A program made the position numbers and the translations under genes. The notes under the pieces are model-generated. The model saw only the letters and a list, made by a program, of their open reading frames with translations, did no database searches and was not told the DNA's origin. DNA of 64,000 bases from an uncultured Spirochaetota bacterium (lineage in GTDB: Bacteria > Spirochaetota > Spirochaetia > SZUA-6 > CAVTHK01), in the NCBI GenBank assembly GCA_963734495.1, contig CAVTHK010000001.1, forward strand, positions 192,001 to 256,000, written 5' to 3'. This document shows, one piece after another, positions 53,488 to 63,342 of this stretch. How positions within the stretch are numbered: the first letter of the stretch is position 1; every line of letters starts with the position of its first letter.

Positions 53488-54345
53488 ATGACGACCACTG
53501 CGAGCACCTGGATCCGGAGAAAGGTCACCCCGTTCAACGCCCTCATCGTGCTCTTCACCGTCTGCTTCGTGACGTTCTTCCTGTTCCCGTTCTACTGGCA
53601 GGTGACCACCTCGATCCGGACGGCGGAGAACCTTACGAAGATTCCGCCGCAGCTCTTTCCGAATCCGATCTACTTCGGCAGGTACGTCTGGATCTTCGCG
53701 GAGACGCAGTTCCCGCTGAACGTCCGCAACAGCCTGATCATCTCGTCGGTCACGACGCTGACCTGCCTGACGTTCTCGATCCTCTCGTCCTACGCGATCG
53801 CGCGCCTGCAGATCCCCGGCCACAAGGCGATCCTGATCGCGGTCCTGGTGATCTCGATGTTCCCGGGCGTCTCGATCGTCGGCCCGCTGTACCTCACGTT
53901 CAAGAACGTCGGGCTGATCAACACGCGCCTGTGTCTCGTGATCGCCTACACGGCGGTTTTCCTCCCGTTCACGATGTGGTTCCTCTCGAGCTTCTTCCGC
54001 ACGGTGCCGCCGGACCTCGAGGAGGCGGCCACCATCGACGGCTGCACGCCGCTGCAGTCGCTGTTCCGCATCATGATCCCGCTTTCGGCCCCCGCGGTCT
54101 TCACCATCGCGATGCTGATCTTCATCTTCTCGTGGAACGAGTTCCTGTTCTCGTTCACGTTCACGAGCTCCGACGAGGTGCGCACCTATCCCGTGGGTCT
54201 GGTCATGTTCCGCGGACTGTGGAACGTCCCCTGGGGGGACCTGTGCGCAGGCTCGTCAGTGGTCGCCCTGCCGATCGTCGCGCTCGTGTTGATCGCGCAG
54301 CGATTCGTGATCCAGGGCCTGACAGCGGGCGCCGTCAAGGGATAA
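53488..54345 (+). CDS. CUT1 sugar ABC permease (MalG/UgpE-like)
   Basis: LEEAATIDGC, SWNEFLF, GLTAGAVKG. Confidence 0.93.
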   Translation: MTTTASTWIRRKVTPFNALIVLFTVCFVTFFLFPFYWQVTTSIRTAENLTKIPPQLFPNPIYFGRYVWIFAETQFPLNVRNSLIISSVTTLTCLTFSILSSYAIARLQIPGHKAILIAVLVISMFPGVSIVGPLYLTFKNVGLINTRLCLVIAYTAVFLPFTMWFLSSFFRTVPPDLEEAATIDGCTPLQSLFRIMIPLSAPAVFTIAMLIFIFSWNEFLFSFTFTSSDEVRTYPVGLVMFRGLWNVPWGDLCAGSSVVALPIVALVLIAQRFVIQGLTAGAVKG

Positions 54346-54383
54346 CAAAGAGTCAATAATGGAAGAAGGCCGCCGCGGCCCGC

Positions 54384-54887
54384 TCAGCCGCCGGCCGCCG
54401 GCGCCGCTTTTCTGGCGTACTGCACTTCCCCGAAGCGCGAGCCGTAGCGCTCGCTCTCCCGCCGCTCCCCCGTGGGCGAGAAGCCGCCGCGCTCGTAGAA
54501 GCCGCGCGCCCGCGCGTTGTCGCGCATCACCCAGAGGACGACACGCGCCGCTCCGGCCGCGGCCAGCCGCCCGAGCGCCTCGCCCATCAGGAGCCGCCCC
54601 ATGCCCTCGTGCCAGCGCGACGGGTCCACGTACAGGCCGATGATCTCGGGCTCGGGCTCCACGCGAAAGGCCACGAAGCCGGAGGGCTGCGCGCCCTCAG
54701 GGCAGGCGACGAGCGTCGTGCGCTTCGGGTCGCGCAGCAGCCCGCTCCAGATGCGCTCGAACTCGCTCACGCTGAGCGCGGCAAGGACCTGCTGCGGCAG
54801 GATCCCCTGGTAGGCCAGGCGCCACGCGGCCACGTGCAGCCGCGCCAGCGCAGGGATGTCCGCGGCGGCGGCCCTCACAGAAACCAC
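54384..54887 (-). CDS. GNAT-family N-acetyltransferase
   Basis: HVAAWRLAYQGI, LYVDPSRWHEGMGRLLM, LWVMRDNARARGFYERGGF. Confidence 0.9.
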   Translation of the reverse strand: MVSVRAAAADIPALARLHVAAWRLAYQGILPQQVLAALSVSEFERIWSGLLRDPKRTTLVACPEGAQPSGFVAFRVEPEPEIIGLYVDPSRWHEGMGRLLMGEALGRLAAAGAARVVLWVMRDNARARGFYERGGFSPTGERRESERYGSRFGEVQYARKAAPAAGG

Positions 54888-54964
54888 GGGTCAACCCTCG
54901 TTCGCGGCCGTGGACAGCTCGCGATCACGCTCACCATGACGAAGCGCTCACCTCCGGCGTGTCG

Positions 54965-56985
54965 TCACTTCAAGAACCACTGCTCGGCCACGTGCGGCTC
55001 GAAAAAGCCGTAGGCGACGCTCCACACGGCGCCGTCGCCGGGTGTATTGCGAAGGTTGCTCTTCATGATGACCGGCCGCGGCACGAGCCCGACCGTTCCG
55101 ATGTAGTACAGACCCTCTCCGTGGATCTTGAGGATTTCCTTGCCCAGCTCCTTGTAGCGCGGGGACCCGCGCTGCGTCGTCTGCCACTCGTCTACGGCGT
55201 CGAACAGCCGCTTGATGGTCGCCGGCGGCTCTTCGCCGCTCTTGCCCTCGTGTTGTACCAGTTCTCCCAGGGCGTGCCGATGCGCAGCACGCCCCAGGCC
55301 GGCCTGTGCAGCGGAGCGCCCGATATGTACATCTGCAGCTCGCCCCCGTTGCCGCCGAACTGGAAGGACGAAGCGTCGAACTCGTTGGCGTTCCCCCTCT
55401 GGTTGTACAGGTTTCGCTGCTCCTCCTTGATCGCGGCCTGCACGCCGACCTTGCCCCAGTACTCCCGGATGAGCTCGAGGATCGGTTTTTCGGGGGCCGC
55501 CTCCGCGGGTGTGTACTCGATCGTGAGCGAAAACGGCTGGCCGTCGGACCGCAGGCGAACCTTGTGCGCCTGGTCCCACTTGAGCCCGATCTCGTCGAGC
55601 AGCTTGTTCGCGCGGTCCGCGTCGTATTCGACAAAGTACTTGCCCATCCAATCCTCGTAGAACGACGTGTCGGGGGTGGTCGTGGCCTGGCGGGGGGTCC
55701 CGCGTCCGTAGAAGAAGACCTTGTTGATCTCGTCCCGGTTGATGGCGAGCGACATGGCCTGCCGGAAGCGGACGTCGGCAAAGATCGCGCGCAGCACGGG
55801 GTCTTTGTGCGTCACGTTGAACCCGAGCCCCAGGTTCGACCCGAGGGAGTTCTGCCACAGAGTCACCCGGTAGTCGCCCTTCTTCTCGTTCTCCTTGTAG
55901 AGCGGGTAATCCTTGAGGTACAGGACAAAGGTGGTGTAGGTCAGCTCACCGGCGATGGCCTTGAGGTTGATCATCTCGGGCGTGGAATAGAACCTCACGA
56001 CCTGTCTGTCGGCGTAGGGGAGCTGGTTGCCCGCCGTGTCCACCTTCCAGAAGTACGGGTTCCGCTCGAAGACCTTTTCCTCCGTGGTGATCTTTGTCAC
56101 GACCCAGCTGTCGAGCCCCGGCAGGTTCGGATCGAGGCGGTTCTCGGGGTTCCCGGACCAGCTCGCAAAGTGGAAGGCAAACGCCTTCCACCAGCCGTCG
56201 AACCCTTCCTGCTTTGCGACCTGCTCGGCTTGCGTGTTGTAGTCCGCATGCCACTTTTTCAGATAGTGCGCGGGCGCAAATGGCGTGTCCTGCAGCGCGA
56301 GCCGCGCGATGATCGGCGGGTAGGGCGCTGCGAACTGCATGCGCACCGTCGTGTCGTCGAGCTTCTCCACCTTCGCCATCTGGCCGCCGGGAGACCACGT
56401 TCGCGGCTTAACCGGCGTGATCTTCTCGTTCAACACGATGTCCTTGTACCAGAACATGATGTCGTCGGCCGTGAACGGCGCCCCGTCGCTCCACTTCATG
56501 CCTTCGCGGAGCTGGATCGTCAGGGTCTTGCCGTCATCGGACATCGTCCAGCCTTTCGCGATGTTAGGCGCCACCGTCGCGAGATCGGGGGCGAGCTTGA
56601 ACAGGCGCTGGATGCGCACCGGGTAGGCGTCCCAGCCCTGGTCCGGGCCGAGGCTGTCGACGATCAGGTCGCCGCCGTACTTGCCGATCTCCTCCAGAGG
56701 CGACACGACCACCGGCTCGGCCGGCATGCGCTTCTCGACCGCCGGGAGCTTGCCCGCGGAGACCAGCGCCTTGAGCGCCGGCGCTTCGCCGTAGCTGCGG
56801 ATCTTCCTGCCCGTTGCCTTTTCGTAGTCCGCGGGCGTGTTGTAGACCTGCAGCTTGCCGCCGCCTGCGGCTGCCGCCGCCGCCCCGCCCGCCGCGCCGG
56901 TCTCCTTTGTGCCGACCGCAAAGACGCCGATGCAGACGAAAGCGAGCGCTGCAGCGCAAAGGACGACTCGTGTGGTTCTCTTCAC
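54965..56985 (-). CDS. family-5 (Opp/Dpp-fold) ABC substrate-binding protein, oligosaccharide-binding type; frameshift near 55250
   Basis: GKLPAVEKRMP, LREGMKWSDGAPFTADD, ERNPYFWKVDTAGNQLPY, FRQAMSLAINR; AGGAGG RBS before GTG. Confidence 0.9.
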
Positions 56986-57037
56986 CTTGGCCTCCTATGA
57001 TCAGAACCCCGATCCATGCCGCCTGACTCCGTGCGCT

Positions 57038-58360
57038 TCAAGTCTCCGGCTCGTACGAGGAGCTGACCTCCGCGTGGAGCCGCTTCTCCCGCTCCGTGGG
57101 TCGAGAGAACATCTGATCGTCCCTGATGCGGGAATGGAGCATGCGCTCGAACAGCTCGCGTCGCATCTCCCGATGCTCGGGCCCGCCGAACAGGTTGTCC
57201 AGCTCCATCGGATCCCGATCCAGGTCGTACATCTCGCCGTCGCCGTCTATCGGATTGTACCAGAGTTTCTGCCCGGCGGTGCGGATCATCATCCCGCGGG
57301 TATTGGTGCAGGTGACGTACTCCCGCGCGGTCCCTGTGCCGCGCATCGCGGGCAGGAGCGAGATGCCGGGCAGGGAAACGTCCGGCCGCACTCCCAGGAT
57401 GTCGAGGATCGTCGGCATCACGTCCACTCCCGAAGCGAAGCCCGGCACGCGTTCGCCGGCGCGATAGAGATCCGGAAAGCGGATCAGGAACGGGATCCGG
57501 ATCTCACTCTCGTAAAAGGTAGCCGCCTTGTTGAAAAGGCCGTGCTCGCCCAGAAGGTCGCCGTGGTCGGAGCAGTAAACGATCAGCGTGTCGTCAAGGA
57601 GCTGCAGGCTCTCGAGCCTCTCCATGACGCGCCCGACGCAGTCATCGACCATCTTCATCAGGCAGTGGTGACCAGCGATGCCGGTCAGCGTCCGTTGCTG
57701 GTCAATGCTGCCGCCAAAGAGATTCCTGAAGTGCTCGACGCGTGCGCGGTAGGCGCTCGACTTGGTCCGGTACTCGTCCTCGCGGCGGGCAGCCGGCAGC
57801 GGCGCGTCCTCCGGGCGGACAAAACCCATGTAGCGGCGCGGCATCACGTAGGGCTCGTGCGGGGCGTGGAGACCGAGGAACAACGCGAACGGGCCGCCTT
57901 TGAGCCGTTCCAGCGCGCCGCACGCCCTCTCGGTGGCGTGGATGTCGAAGTAGGTGCTCTCGGGCTCGGGGCTCTCCACGATCTCGAAGTGGTTCCACCC
58001 GTCGCGCCCGCCGAAAGTCTCGCGCACAGGCACCTGTATGTGGAAGCTGCCGGCGTGGCACATGTGCGTCTTGCCCACGGACACGCACCGGTAACCCTGG
58101 TCGCGCAGCAGGCCCATCCAGGTCGTGTCCTCGGCCGTGTTGAACTTCATGTTGCCCCAGCCGCGCGACATCCACTCCTGCCTGCCGGTGAGCATCGTCT
58201 GGCGCGAAGGAACGCACGGGATCGCCGAGGCGTAGAAGCGGTCGAACGAAAGCGACTCGCCGCGCAGCCGCTCCAGCACGGGGTAGTCGGCGCACGGGTG
58301 GCGGCCCGGGCCGATCGAGTCGGCCCTCTGCTGGTCCGACATGATGAACACGACGTTCAC
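57038..58360 (-). CDS. Cys-type formylglycine-dependent sulfatase, cytoplasmic
   Basis: SDQQRAD, CVPSRQTMLTG, GKTH, PHEPY, SDHGD. Confidence 0.92.
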   Translation of the reverse strand: MNVVFIMSDQQRADSIGPGRHPCADYPVLERLRGESLSFDRFYASAIPCVPSRQTMLTGRQEWMSRGWGNMKFNTAEDTTWMGLLRDQGYRCVSVGKTHMCHAGSFHIQVPVRETFGGRDGWNHFEIVESPEPESTYFDIHATERACGALERLKGGPFALFLGLHAPHEPYVMPRRYMGFVRPEDAPLPAARREDEYRTKSSAYRARVEHFRNLFGGSIDQQRTLTGIAGHHCLMKMVDDCVGRVMERLESLQLLDDTLIVYCSDHGDLLGEHGLFNKAATFYESEIRIPFLIRFPDLYRAGERVPGFASGVDVMPTILDILGVRPDVSLPGISLLPAMRGTGTAREYVTCTNTRGMMIRTAGQKLWYNPIDGDGEMYDLDRDPMELDNLFGGPEHREMRRELFERMLHSRIRDDQMFSRPTEREKRLHAEVSSSYEPET

Positions 58361-58422
58361 GGCTTCCTCCCGCTCTCAGGCCTCGGCCCTGTTCCACAAC
58401 CGGCCGTCTTCACCACCCTCGG

Positions 58423-59295
58423 TCACCGCGCGCTTATGCTCCGAAGCTCGCTGCCCAGCCGCGTAAAGTACTTCTGGAACACCAGGTAGAGAGCGACCGG
58501 TGGAAGGATGTAAAGCACCGAGTTCGACATCATCAGGTGCAGGGCAAGGGTGGGCTCCTCGCGCTGCAGGTTCAGGAACGCCAGGCCGACGGGCACCGTC
58601 CGCATGTAGGCGCTGTTGAGGAACAGCACGGCCCGCATGAGCTCGCCCCAGTGGCCCATGAATGCGTAGATCGCCACGGTGGTGAGGACCGGCCGCGAAA
58701 GCGGCAGCAGGATGCTCCAGAAGATCCGGTACCAGCCGCACGCATCCATCTTGGCCGCTTCATCGAGCTCACGCGGAATGGTCATGAAGAACTGCCGCAT
58801 GAGGAAGATGTGGAACGCCGGCGCCGCCAGGATCGCCGGTACGGTCATGACGGTGTAGGTGTCGATCCACCGCAGGGCGCGGAACAGTACGAAGCTCGGA
58901 ATCATGATCGCGGCGAAGGGCAGCATCATGGTCGAGAGAACCAGTGCGAACAACACCTTCTTCCCCGGAAACTGCAGCCTGGCAAAGGCAAACCCGGCCA
59001 TCGCGGAGACGGCGGTCTCCCCGACCACGTTCGTGATCGTGATGACGGCCGAGTTGAGGAAGTACCGGCTGAAGCCCATGATCGTCAGGCCGTCGATGTA
59101 GTTGCGCCACTGCGGCACCCGGGGCAGCCAGCTGAACTGGTAGACCTCGGTGAGCTTCTTCAGGCTCGCGGACAGCATCCAGAAGAGGGGCACGAGCACC
59201 CCCAGTGCCACGGCCGAAAGGACGACGTAGACAAGCAGGTCGGCGAGTCGGAGGCGGCCTCGCAGCGGCATGGACCGCGGAACCGGCGCGCTCAC
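58423..59295 (-). CDS. CUT1 sugar ABC permease (MalG-like)
   Basis: FLMRQFFMTIPRELDEAAKMD, multiple TM segments. Confidence 0.92.
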   Translation of the reverse strand: MSAPVPRSMPLRGRLRLADLLVYVVLSAVALGVLVPLFWMLSASLKKLTEVYQFSWLPRVPQWRNYIDGLTIMGFSRYFLNSAVITITNVVGETAVSAMAGFAFARLQFPGKKVLFALVLSTMMLPFAAIMIPSFVLFRALRWIDTYTVMTVPAILAAPAFHIFLMRQFFMTIPRELDEAAKMDACGWYRIFWSILLPLSRPVLTTVAIYAFMGHWGELMRAVLFLNSAYMRTVPVGLAFLNLQREEPTLALHLMMSNSVLYILPPVALYLVFQKYFTRLGSELRSISAR

Positions 59296-60176
59296 CGGGC
59301 GCCTCCGTAGTAGACCCAGGATTCCGAAGAGCGAAACGTCAGCATGGTCATGGCGCCGATCAGCAGGAACAAAATCACCGAGAGAGCGGCGCCATACCCC
59401 AACTCGAAGTACTGGAACGCAACCCGGTAGATGTTGAAGACGTAGAACAGGGTCGCTTCATTCGGGCCGCCCTGGGTCATCACGTAGACCGGCGCGAAGT
59501 ACTGGAAGTTGCCTATGATCCCGACGATCAGATTGTAGAGAATGATCGGCGAGAGCAGGGGCAGCGTGACGCTGAGGAACACGCGCGCGGCGCCGGCGCC
59601 GTCGAGCCGCGCCGCCTCGTGCAGCTCGTCCGGTATCGTCTCCAGCCCCACCAGGTAGAGGATCATCGCGGCGCCCGACTGCCACACGAACATCAGCATC
59701 AGCCCTACGAGCGCCCACTCCTCGCTGTAGAGCCACATCGGCCCCTTGATCCCGAAGACCGCCAGCAGCCGGTTGATCAGCCCCGCCCGAGGATTGAGCA
59801 CGAACGTGAACAAGAGCGCCATGGCCACGCCCGGGATCACGGCGGGCACGTAGAAGACCGTGGAAAAGAAAGCGCGCAATCGCCTGGCGCTCCTGAGAAG
59901 CAGCGCGAGGGAGAGGGCTACGGCCATCCTGACCGGGAGCGCGGCAAAGACAAACGTCGCGGTTACGCGCAGCGACTGCCAGAAGGCCGGATCCCCCAGG
60001 GCCTTGGTGTAGTTGGCCGCGCCCCGGTAAGAGAAGGCGCCGATCCCGCGCCACTCGAAGAAGCTGAAGCTCATCGCGCCGAGCATGGGCCCGAGCAGGA
60101 ACACGACGAACCCGACGATCCAGGGCGCGAGAAAGACATATGCGGCGATGGCCTCGCCGCGACGCTCGGCTCTCAT
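59292..60176 (-). CDS. CUT1 sugar ABC permease (MalF-like)
   Basis: ELHEAARLDGAG, MTQGGP. Confidence 0.92.
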   Translation of the reverse strand: MRAERRGEAIAAYVFLAPWIVGFVVFLLGPMLGAMSFSFFEWRGIGAFSYRGAANYTKALGDPAFWQSLRVTATFVFAALPVRMAVALSLALLLRSARRLRAFFSTVFYVPAVIPGVAMALLFTFVLNPRAGLINRLLAVFGIKGPMWLYSEEWALVGLMLMFVWQSGAAMILYLVGLETIPDELHEAARLDGAGAARVFLSVTLPLLSPIILYNLIVGIIGNFQYFAPVYVMTQGGPNEATLFYVFNIYRVAFQYFELGYGAALSVILFLLIGAMTMLTFRSSESWVYYGGAR

Positions 60177-60201
60177 TCGCTGACTCCGGCGGTCGAAACG
60201 A

Positions 60202-60225
60202 CGGGACGCCGCGACGGGCGTCCCG
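60202..60225 (-). terminator. stem-loop after the binding-protein gene (likely mRNA stabiliser)
   Basis: CGGGACGCC-GCGACG-GGCGTCCCG, 9-bp perfect stem. Confidence 0.45.
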
Positions 60226-60237
60226 CCGGGACCTCAT

Positions 60238-61530
60238 CTACTTCGCGTCCAGGAGCGGCTGAATCTCCGCCTTGAGCTGCTGCATCATGTCCGCGGCGCT
60301 CAGCTTGTTCTGCCAGAACAGGCTGAATTTCTTGCCCCACGCCGTGTTGATCTTGTTGCCGTTTGGCAGCGACGGCTCGACCACGACTGCCTTCTCGAGA
60401 ACTTTGACACGAGCCGCGTTGTTGGCGGGAGCGCCCTTGGGACCCTTCATGAAGGCCTCCGAGTAGGCGATCTTCTTGAGCGGGGGGTTGTTGAAGCCCG
60501 AGGAAACGCTGAAGTACCCCTGCCCGACCGGGCCGTTGATCATGTTCACGAAGGCCAACGAGTGGTTGAGGGCCTTGGTCGTCTTCAGGATCGCGAGCTT
60601 GCCTCCGTAGATGTCGGACCAGCTCCCGTTCGGGCCGCCGGGCAGCATCTGGATATCCCATGGGAATTCGGCGGTGTAGAGAGGCGGGAATTCGAACGTC
60701 GGCAGGATGTACATCGCCGCGACCTGCGTCGTGAAAGGCCCGCCCGACGGCCCGCCGAACGCCTGTTCCTCGGCTGGGGTCGGGTGCACTTTGTACTTGT
60801 AGATCAGATCCTGCCCGAACTGGAACGCCTTGACGACCCGCGGATCATCACCCGTGAACTTCATGGCCTTCAGGTCGTAGATGTCGGCTCCGAACGCCTT
60901 GGCAATCGGCCCGAGCACGTTGCGGCCGCGGTACGGGAAACCCGTTATGCCCCAGCGGTCCTTCTGCTGGCTCAGCTTCTGCGCGGCCGTGAGAAAGTCG
61001 CCTTCCCAGGTCCACTTCTCGGTCGGATACGCGACGCCTGCCTGGTCGAAGAGCTTCTTGTTGTACGCGAGGACGTCGCTTCCCGTACCCAGCGGCGCCT
61101 GATAGATCTCATCGCCCTTCTTGTAGGCGCCTTCGAGGGCAAGCATGTCCCACCAGCCCTCCCACAGCCCGTCCTTCGGATCGTAGTAGCCGAGATCGGC
61201 CATCCGCTTGCTCAACGGCACAAGCTGATCCTTGAGCGGGGTGGCGAGGTCGGGGTTGATGTTGATCACGTCGGGCGGCGTGCCGCCCGCGATCATTGCG
61301 AGGACCTTGCTGGCGTAGTCGCCGGGGATCGAGATCAGCTCGATCTTGACGTTGGCGTTCTCCTTCATGTAGTCGCGGGCGGTGTCCTCAAAGGCCTTCG
61401 CCTTGACGCCCCCGCCCCAGAAGGTGGTCACGAGCCTGACCGGGCCCTCCGTGCCCTTGGACTCCGTGTCACCGCCCGCGAACACCCACACGGCAGCCAG
61501 GACCAGAAATGCAGCGATCGCTGTCTTCAC
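60238..61530 (-). CDS. CUT1 sugar ABC substrate-binding protein
   Basis: GGAGG RBS before GTG 61530; signal peptide ending VFA|GG; AGGTPPDV, YNKKLFDQAGVAYP. Confidence 0.9.
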   Translation of the reverse strand: MKTAIAAFLVLAAVWVFAGGDTESKGTEGPVRLVTTFWGGGVKAKAFEDTARDYMKENANVKIELISIPGDYASKVLAMIAGGTPPDVININPDLATPLKDQLVPLSKRMADLGYYDPKDGLWEGWWDMLALEGAYKKGDEIYQAPLGTGSDVLAYNKKLFDQAGVAYPTEKWTWEGDFLTAAQKLSQQKDRWGITGFPYRGRNVLGPIAKAFGADIYDLKAMKFTGDDPRVVKAFQFGQDLIYKYKVHPTPAEEQAFGGPSGGPFTTQVAAMYILPTFEFPPLYTAEFPWDIQMLPGGPNGSWSDIYGGKLAILKTTKALNHSLAFVNMINGPVGQGYFSVSSGFNNPPLKKIAYSEAFMKGPKGAPANNAARVKVLEKAVVVEPSLPNGNKINTAWGKKFSLFWQNKLSAADMMQQLKAEIQPLLDAK

Positions 61531-61561
61531 GGATCCCTCCTTCACACAAGCGGACGCAGAC

Positions 61562-61589
61562 AGGATAGCTCAGGCCCTCGCGAAGTCAA
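61562..61589 (-). promoter_or_regulatory. sigma70-type promoter for the leftward ABC/sulfatase operon
   Basis: Minus strand TTGACT-16 nt-TATCCT. Confidence 0.5.
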
Positions 61590-61666
61590 GGGAGCCGCCC
61601 CCGCGAGCACGCGCCTGCAGCGGGTCCTCGAAGGGCGCCGAAAGCGGCGCGCCGCAGCGTCTGAGC

Positions 61667-61695
61667 TTGCCGCCGTCGGCGGGCGGTGCTATCCT
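61667..61695 (+). promoter_or_regulatory. sigma70-type promoter with extended -10; near-leaderless transcript
   Basis: TTGCCG-17 nt-TATCCT with TG at 61687; ATG 9 nt after the -10, no SD. Confidence 0.55.
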
Positions 61696-61704
61696 CGAAA
61701 CCCC

Positions 61705-63195
61705 ATGAAACAACCTCACATCCTGTTCGTGTTCGCAGACCAGCTGCGCTACGACGCCCTGGCGTGCAACGGAAATACCGTCGTCCGCACGCCGAATATC
61801 GACCGGCTCGCGCGCGAGGGCGTCGTGTTCGACCAGGCCTATTCCTCATGCCCGATCTGCTCGCCGTACAGGGCGCAGGTGCTCACGGGCAACTACTCGC
61901 ACGTCAACGGCGTCATGTGCAACGAGTACCGGCTGTTCGACAACCAGAGGACGCTCGCTCACAGGATGAAGGAGCTCGGCTATCGCACCGCGTACGTGGG
62001 CAAGTGGCACCTCGGTTACCCGCCTTACCCGGAGCACCGCCGCTACGGTTTCGACGACATGCTGGCCTACAACTGCATCCACAGCTACTACGAAGTCAGC
62101 TACTACCACAACGAGAAAGGGCCGATGCCCATGGTGCAGTTCGCTCCCGTGGTGGAGAGCGAGCTGGCCCTGGACTATCTCAAGCGGCACGGCAGCGGGC
62201 GTAACGCGGCGCCCGTGTGCCTGCTGCTGAGCTGGGGACCTCCCCACTGGAACGCCCTGAGGAAGCCGCGCCGATACGGAGACTATCCCCAGCAGTACAA
62301 CCTCTACCGGCCCGAGCAGATCGAGCTCTCACCGAATGTGCCGATCCAGTTCCGCGACTACAGCAGGAGGGACACGGCCGACTACTACGGAATGGTCACC
62401 GCGCTCGACGCGAGCATCGGGCGGATCGTGGAAGAGCTGGACCGCACCGGCCTGGCGGAGGACACGATCCTGTGCTTCACCTCGGACCACGGGGACCACC
62501 TCAACTCCCACGGCTACGGGACCCCGGGCGACCAGTGGATGCATCACAGCCTCCGCGGTTCCAAGGCGACGCCCTACACGGAGTCCTGCCACATCCCGTT
62601 CGTGCTCCGCTACCCCGCAAGGGTCGCAGGCAACCGGCGGACGGACACCTTCTTCAACTCCGTCGACGTGCTTCCCACGCTGATGGAGCTCGCCGGCCTG
62701 CAGGCGCCCGCGGACGTGCAGGGCCGCAGCGTCGCCCATGCGGCTCTCGGACGCGAAGGCGAGAATCCTGACTCCGTGTACCTGCAGATCCTCGGGACGG
62801 GATGGCCGGACCGCGAGAGGTGGCTTGGCCTGTGGCGGGGTCTGCGCACGCGCTCGCATATGTACGCGCGCTGGCACGATCTGGGCGGACGGCGCCTCTT
62901 GTTCGACGTCGCGAGCGATCCCGCCGAGCTGCGCAATCTCGCCGGCGACCCCCGTCATGCCGAGCTGGAGGCGCGGATGGAGACTCTCCTCCAGGAATGG
63001 ACCCGCAAGACCGGAGATCCTTTCGACAGCGGCCCGAGGCTGCCGGTCACGCAGATGCTGGACCTCGGCCAGGCTCCCATCACGCGGGATTGGCTGCCCA
63101 GGATGCCGCCGGCATACGCCGCCGCGGTCAGGGACAATCACCGCCGCTTCAAGACCGGCGAGCAGGAAGGCGAGCCAGGACCCGGGTTGAGGTAG
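61705..63195 (+). CDS. Cys-type formylglycine-dependent sulfatase, cytoplasmic
   Basis: MKQPHILFVFADQLR, CSPYRAQVLTG, GKWHL, PPH, SDHGD. True start lies inside the tracked ORF 60562. Confidence 0.92.
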   Translation: MKQPHILFVFADQLRYDALACNGNTVVRTPNIDRLAREGVVFDQAYSSCPICSPYRAQVLTGNYSHVNGVMCNEYRLFDNQRTLAHRMKELGYRTAYVGKWHLGYPPYPEHRRYGFDDMLAYNCIHSYYEVSYYHNEKGPMPMVQFAPVVESELALDYLKRHGSGRNAAPVCLLLSWGPPHWNALRKPRRYGDYPQQYNLYRPEQIELSPNVPIQFRDYSRRDTADYYGMVTALDASIGRIVEELDRTGLAEDTILCFTSDHGDHLNSHGYGTPGDQWMHHSLRGSKATPYTESCHIPFVLRYPARVAGNRRTDTFFNSVDVLPTLMELAGLQAPADVQGRSVAHAALGREGENPDSVYLQILGTGWPDRERWLGLWRGLRTRSHMYARWHDLGGRRLLFDVASDPAELRNLAGDPRHAELEARMETLLQEWTRKTGDPFDSGPRLPVTQMLDLGQAPITRDWLPRMPPAYAAAVRDNHRRFKTGEQEGEPGPGLR

Positions 63196-63279
63196 ACACA
63201 CCCGACGCGAGCGCTCAGGCCACGCCCCGCGGCTCTTGCGGACCAGGGCCCCGACAGCCACCAGAGCCCCCCTTCAACT

Positions 63280-63308
63280 TTGACGGCCGCAGCAGCCGGT
63301 GCTACGCT
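63280..63308 (+). promoter_or_regulatory. sigma70-type promoter with extended -10
   Basis: TTGACG-17 nt-TACGCT with TG at 63300. Confidence 0.55.
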
Positions 63309-63342
63309 GGCGGCTCGCCCGAACGACCGAGGAGGTGGTGTG

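Noticed and set aside
426-56985. Mass pseudogenisation or programmed frameshifting
   Set aside because: Breaks are scattered single-base indels with no common slippery motif, and catalytic motifs are intact. Sequencing error is more parsimonious, though unproven without reads.
1490-57000. Many long alternative-frame or antisense ORFs (e.g. 1490-4039, 9496-11967, 19126-22530, 27023-29734, 55306-57000)
   Set aside because: Arg/Gly/Pro-rich or antisense shadows of real genes, as expected at this GC content; no family motifs.
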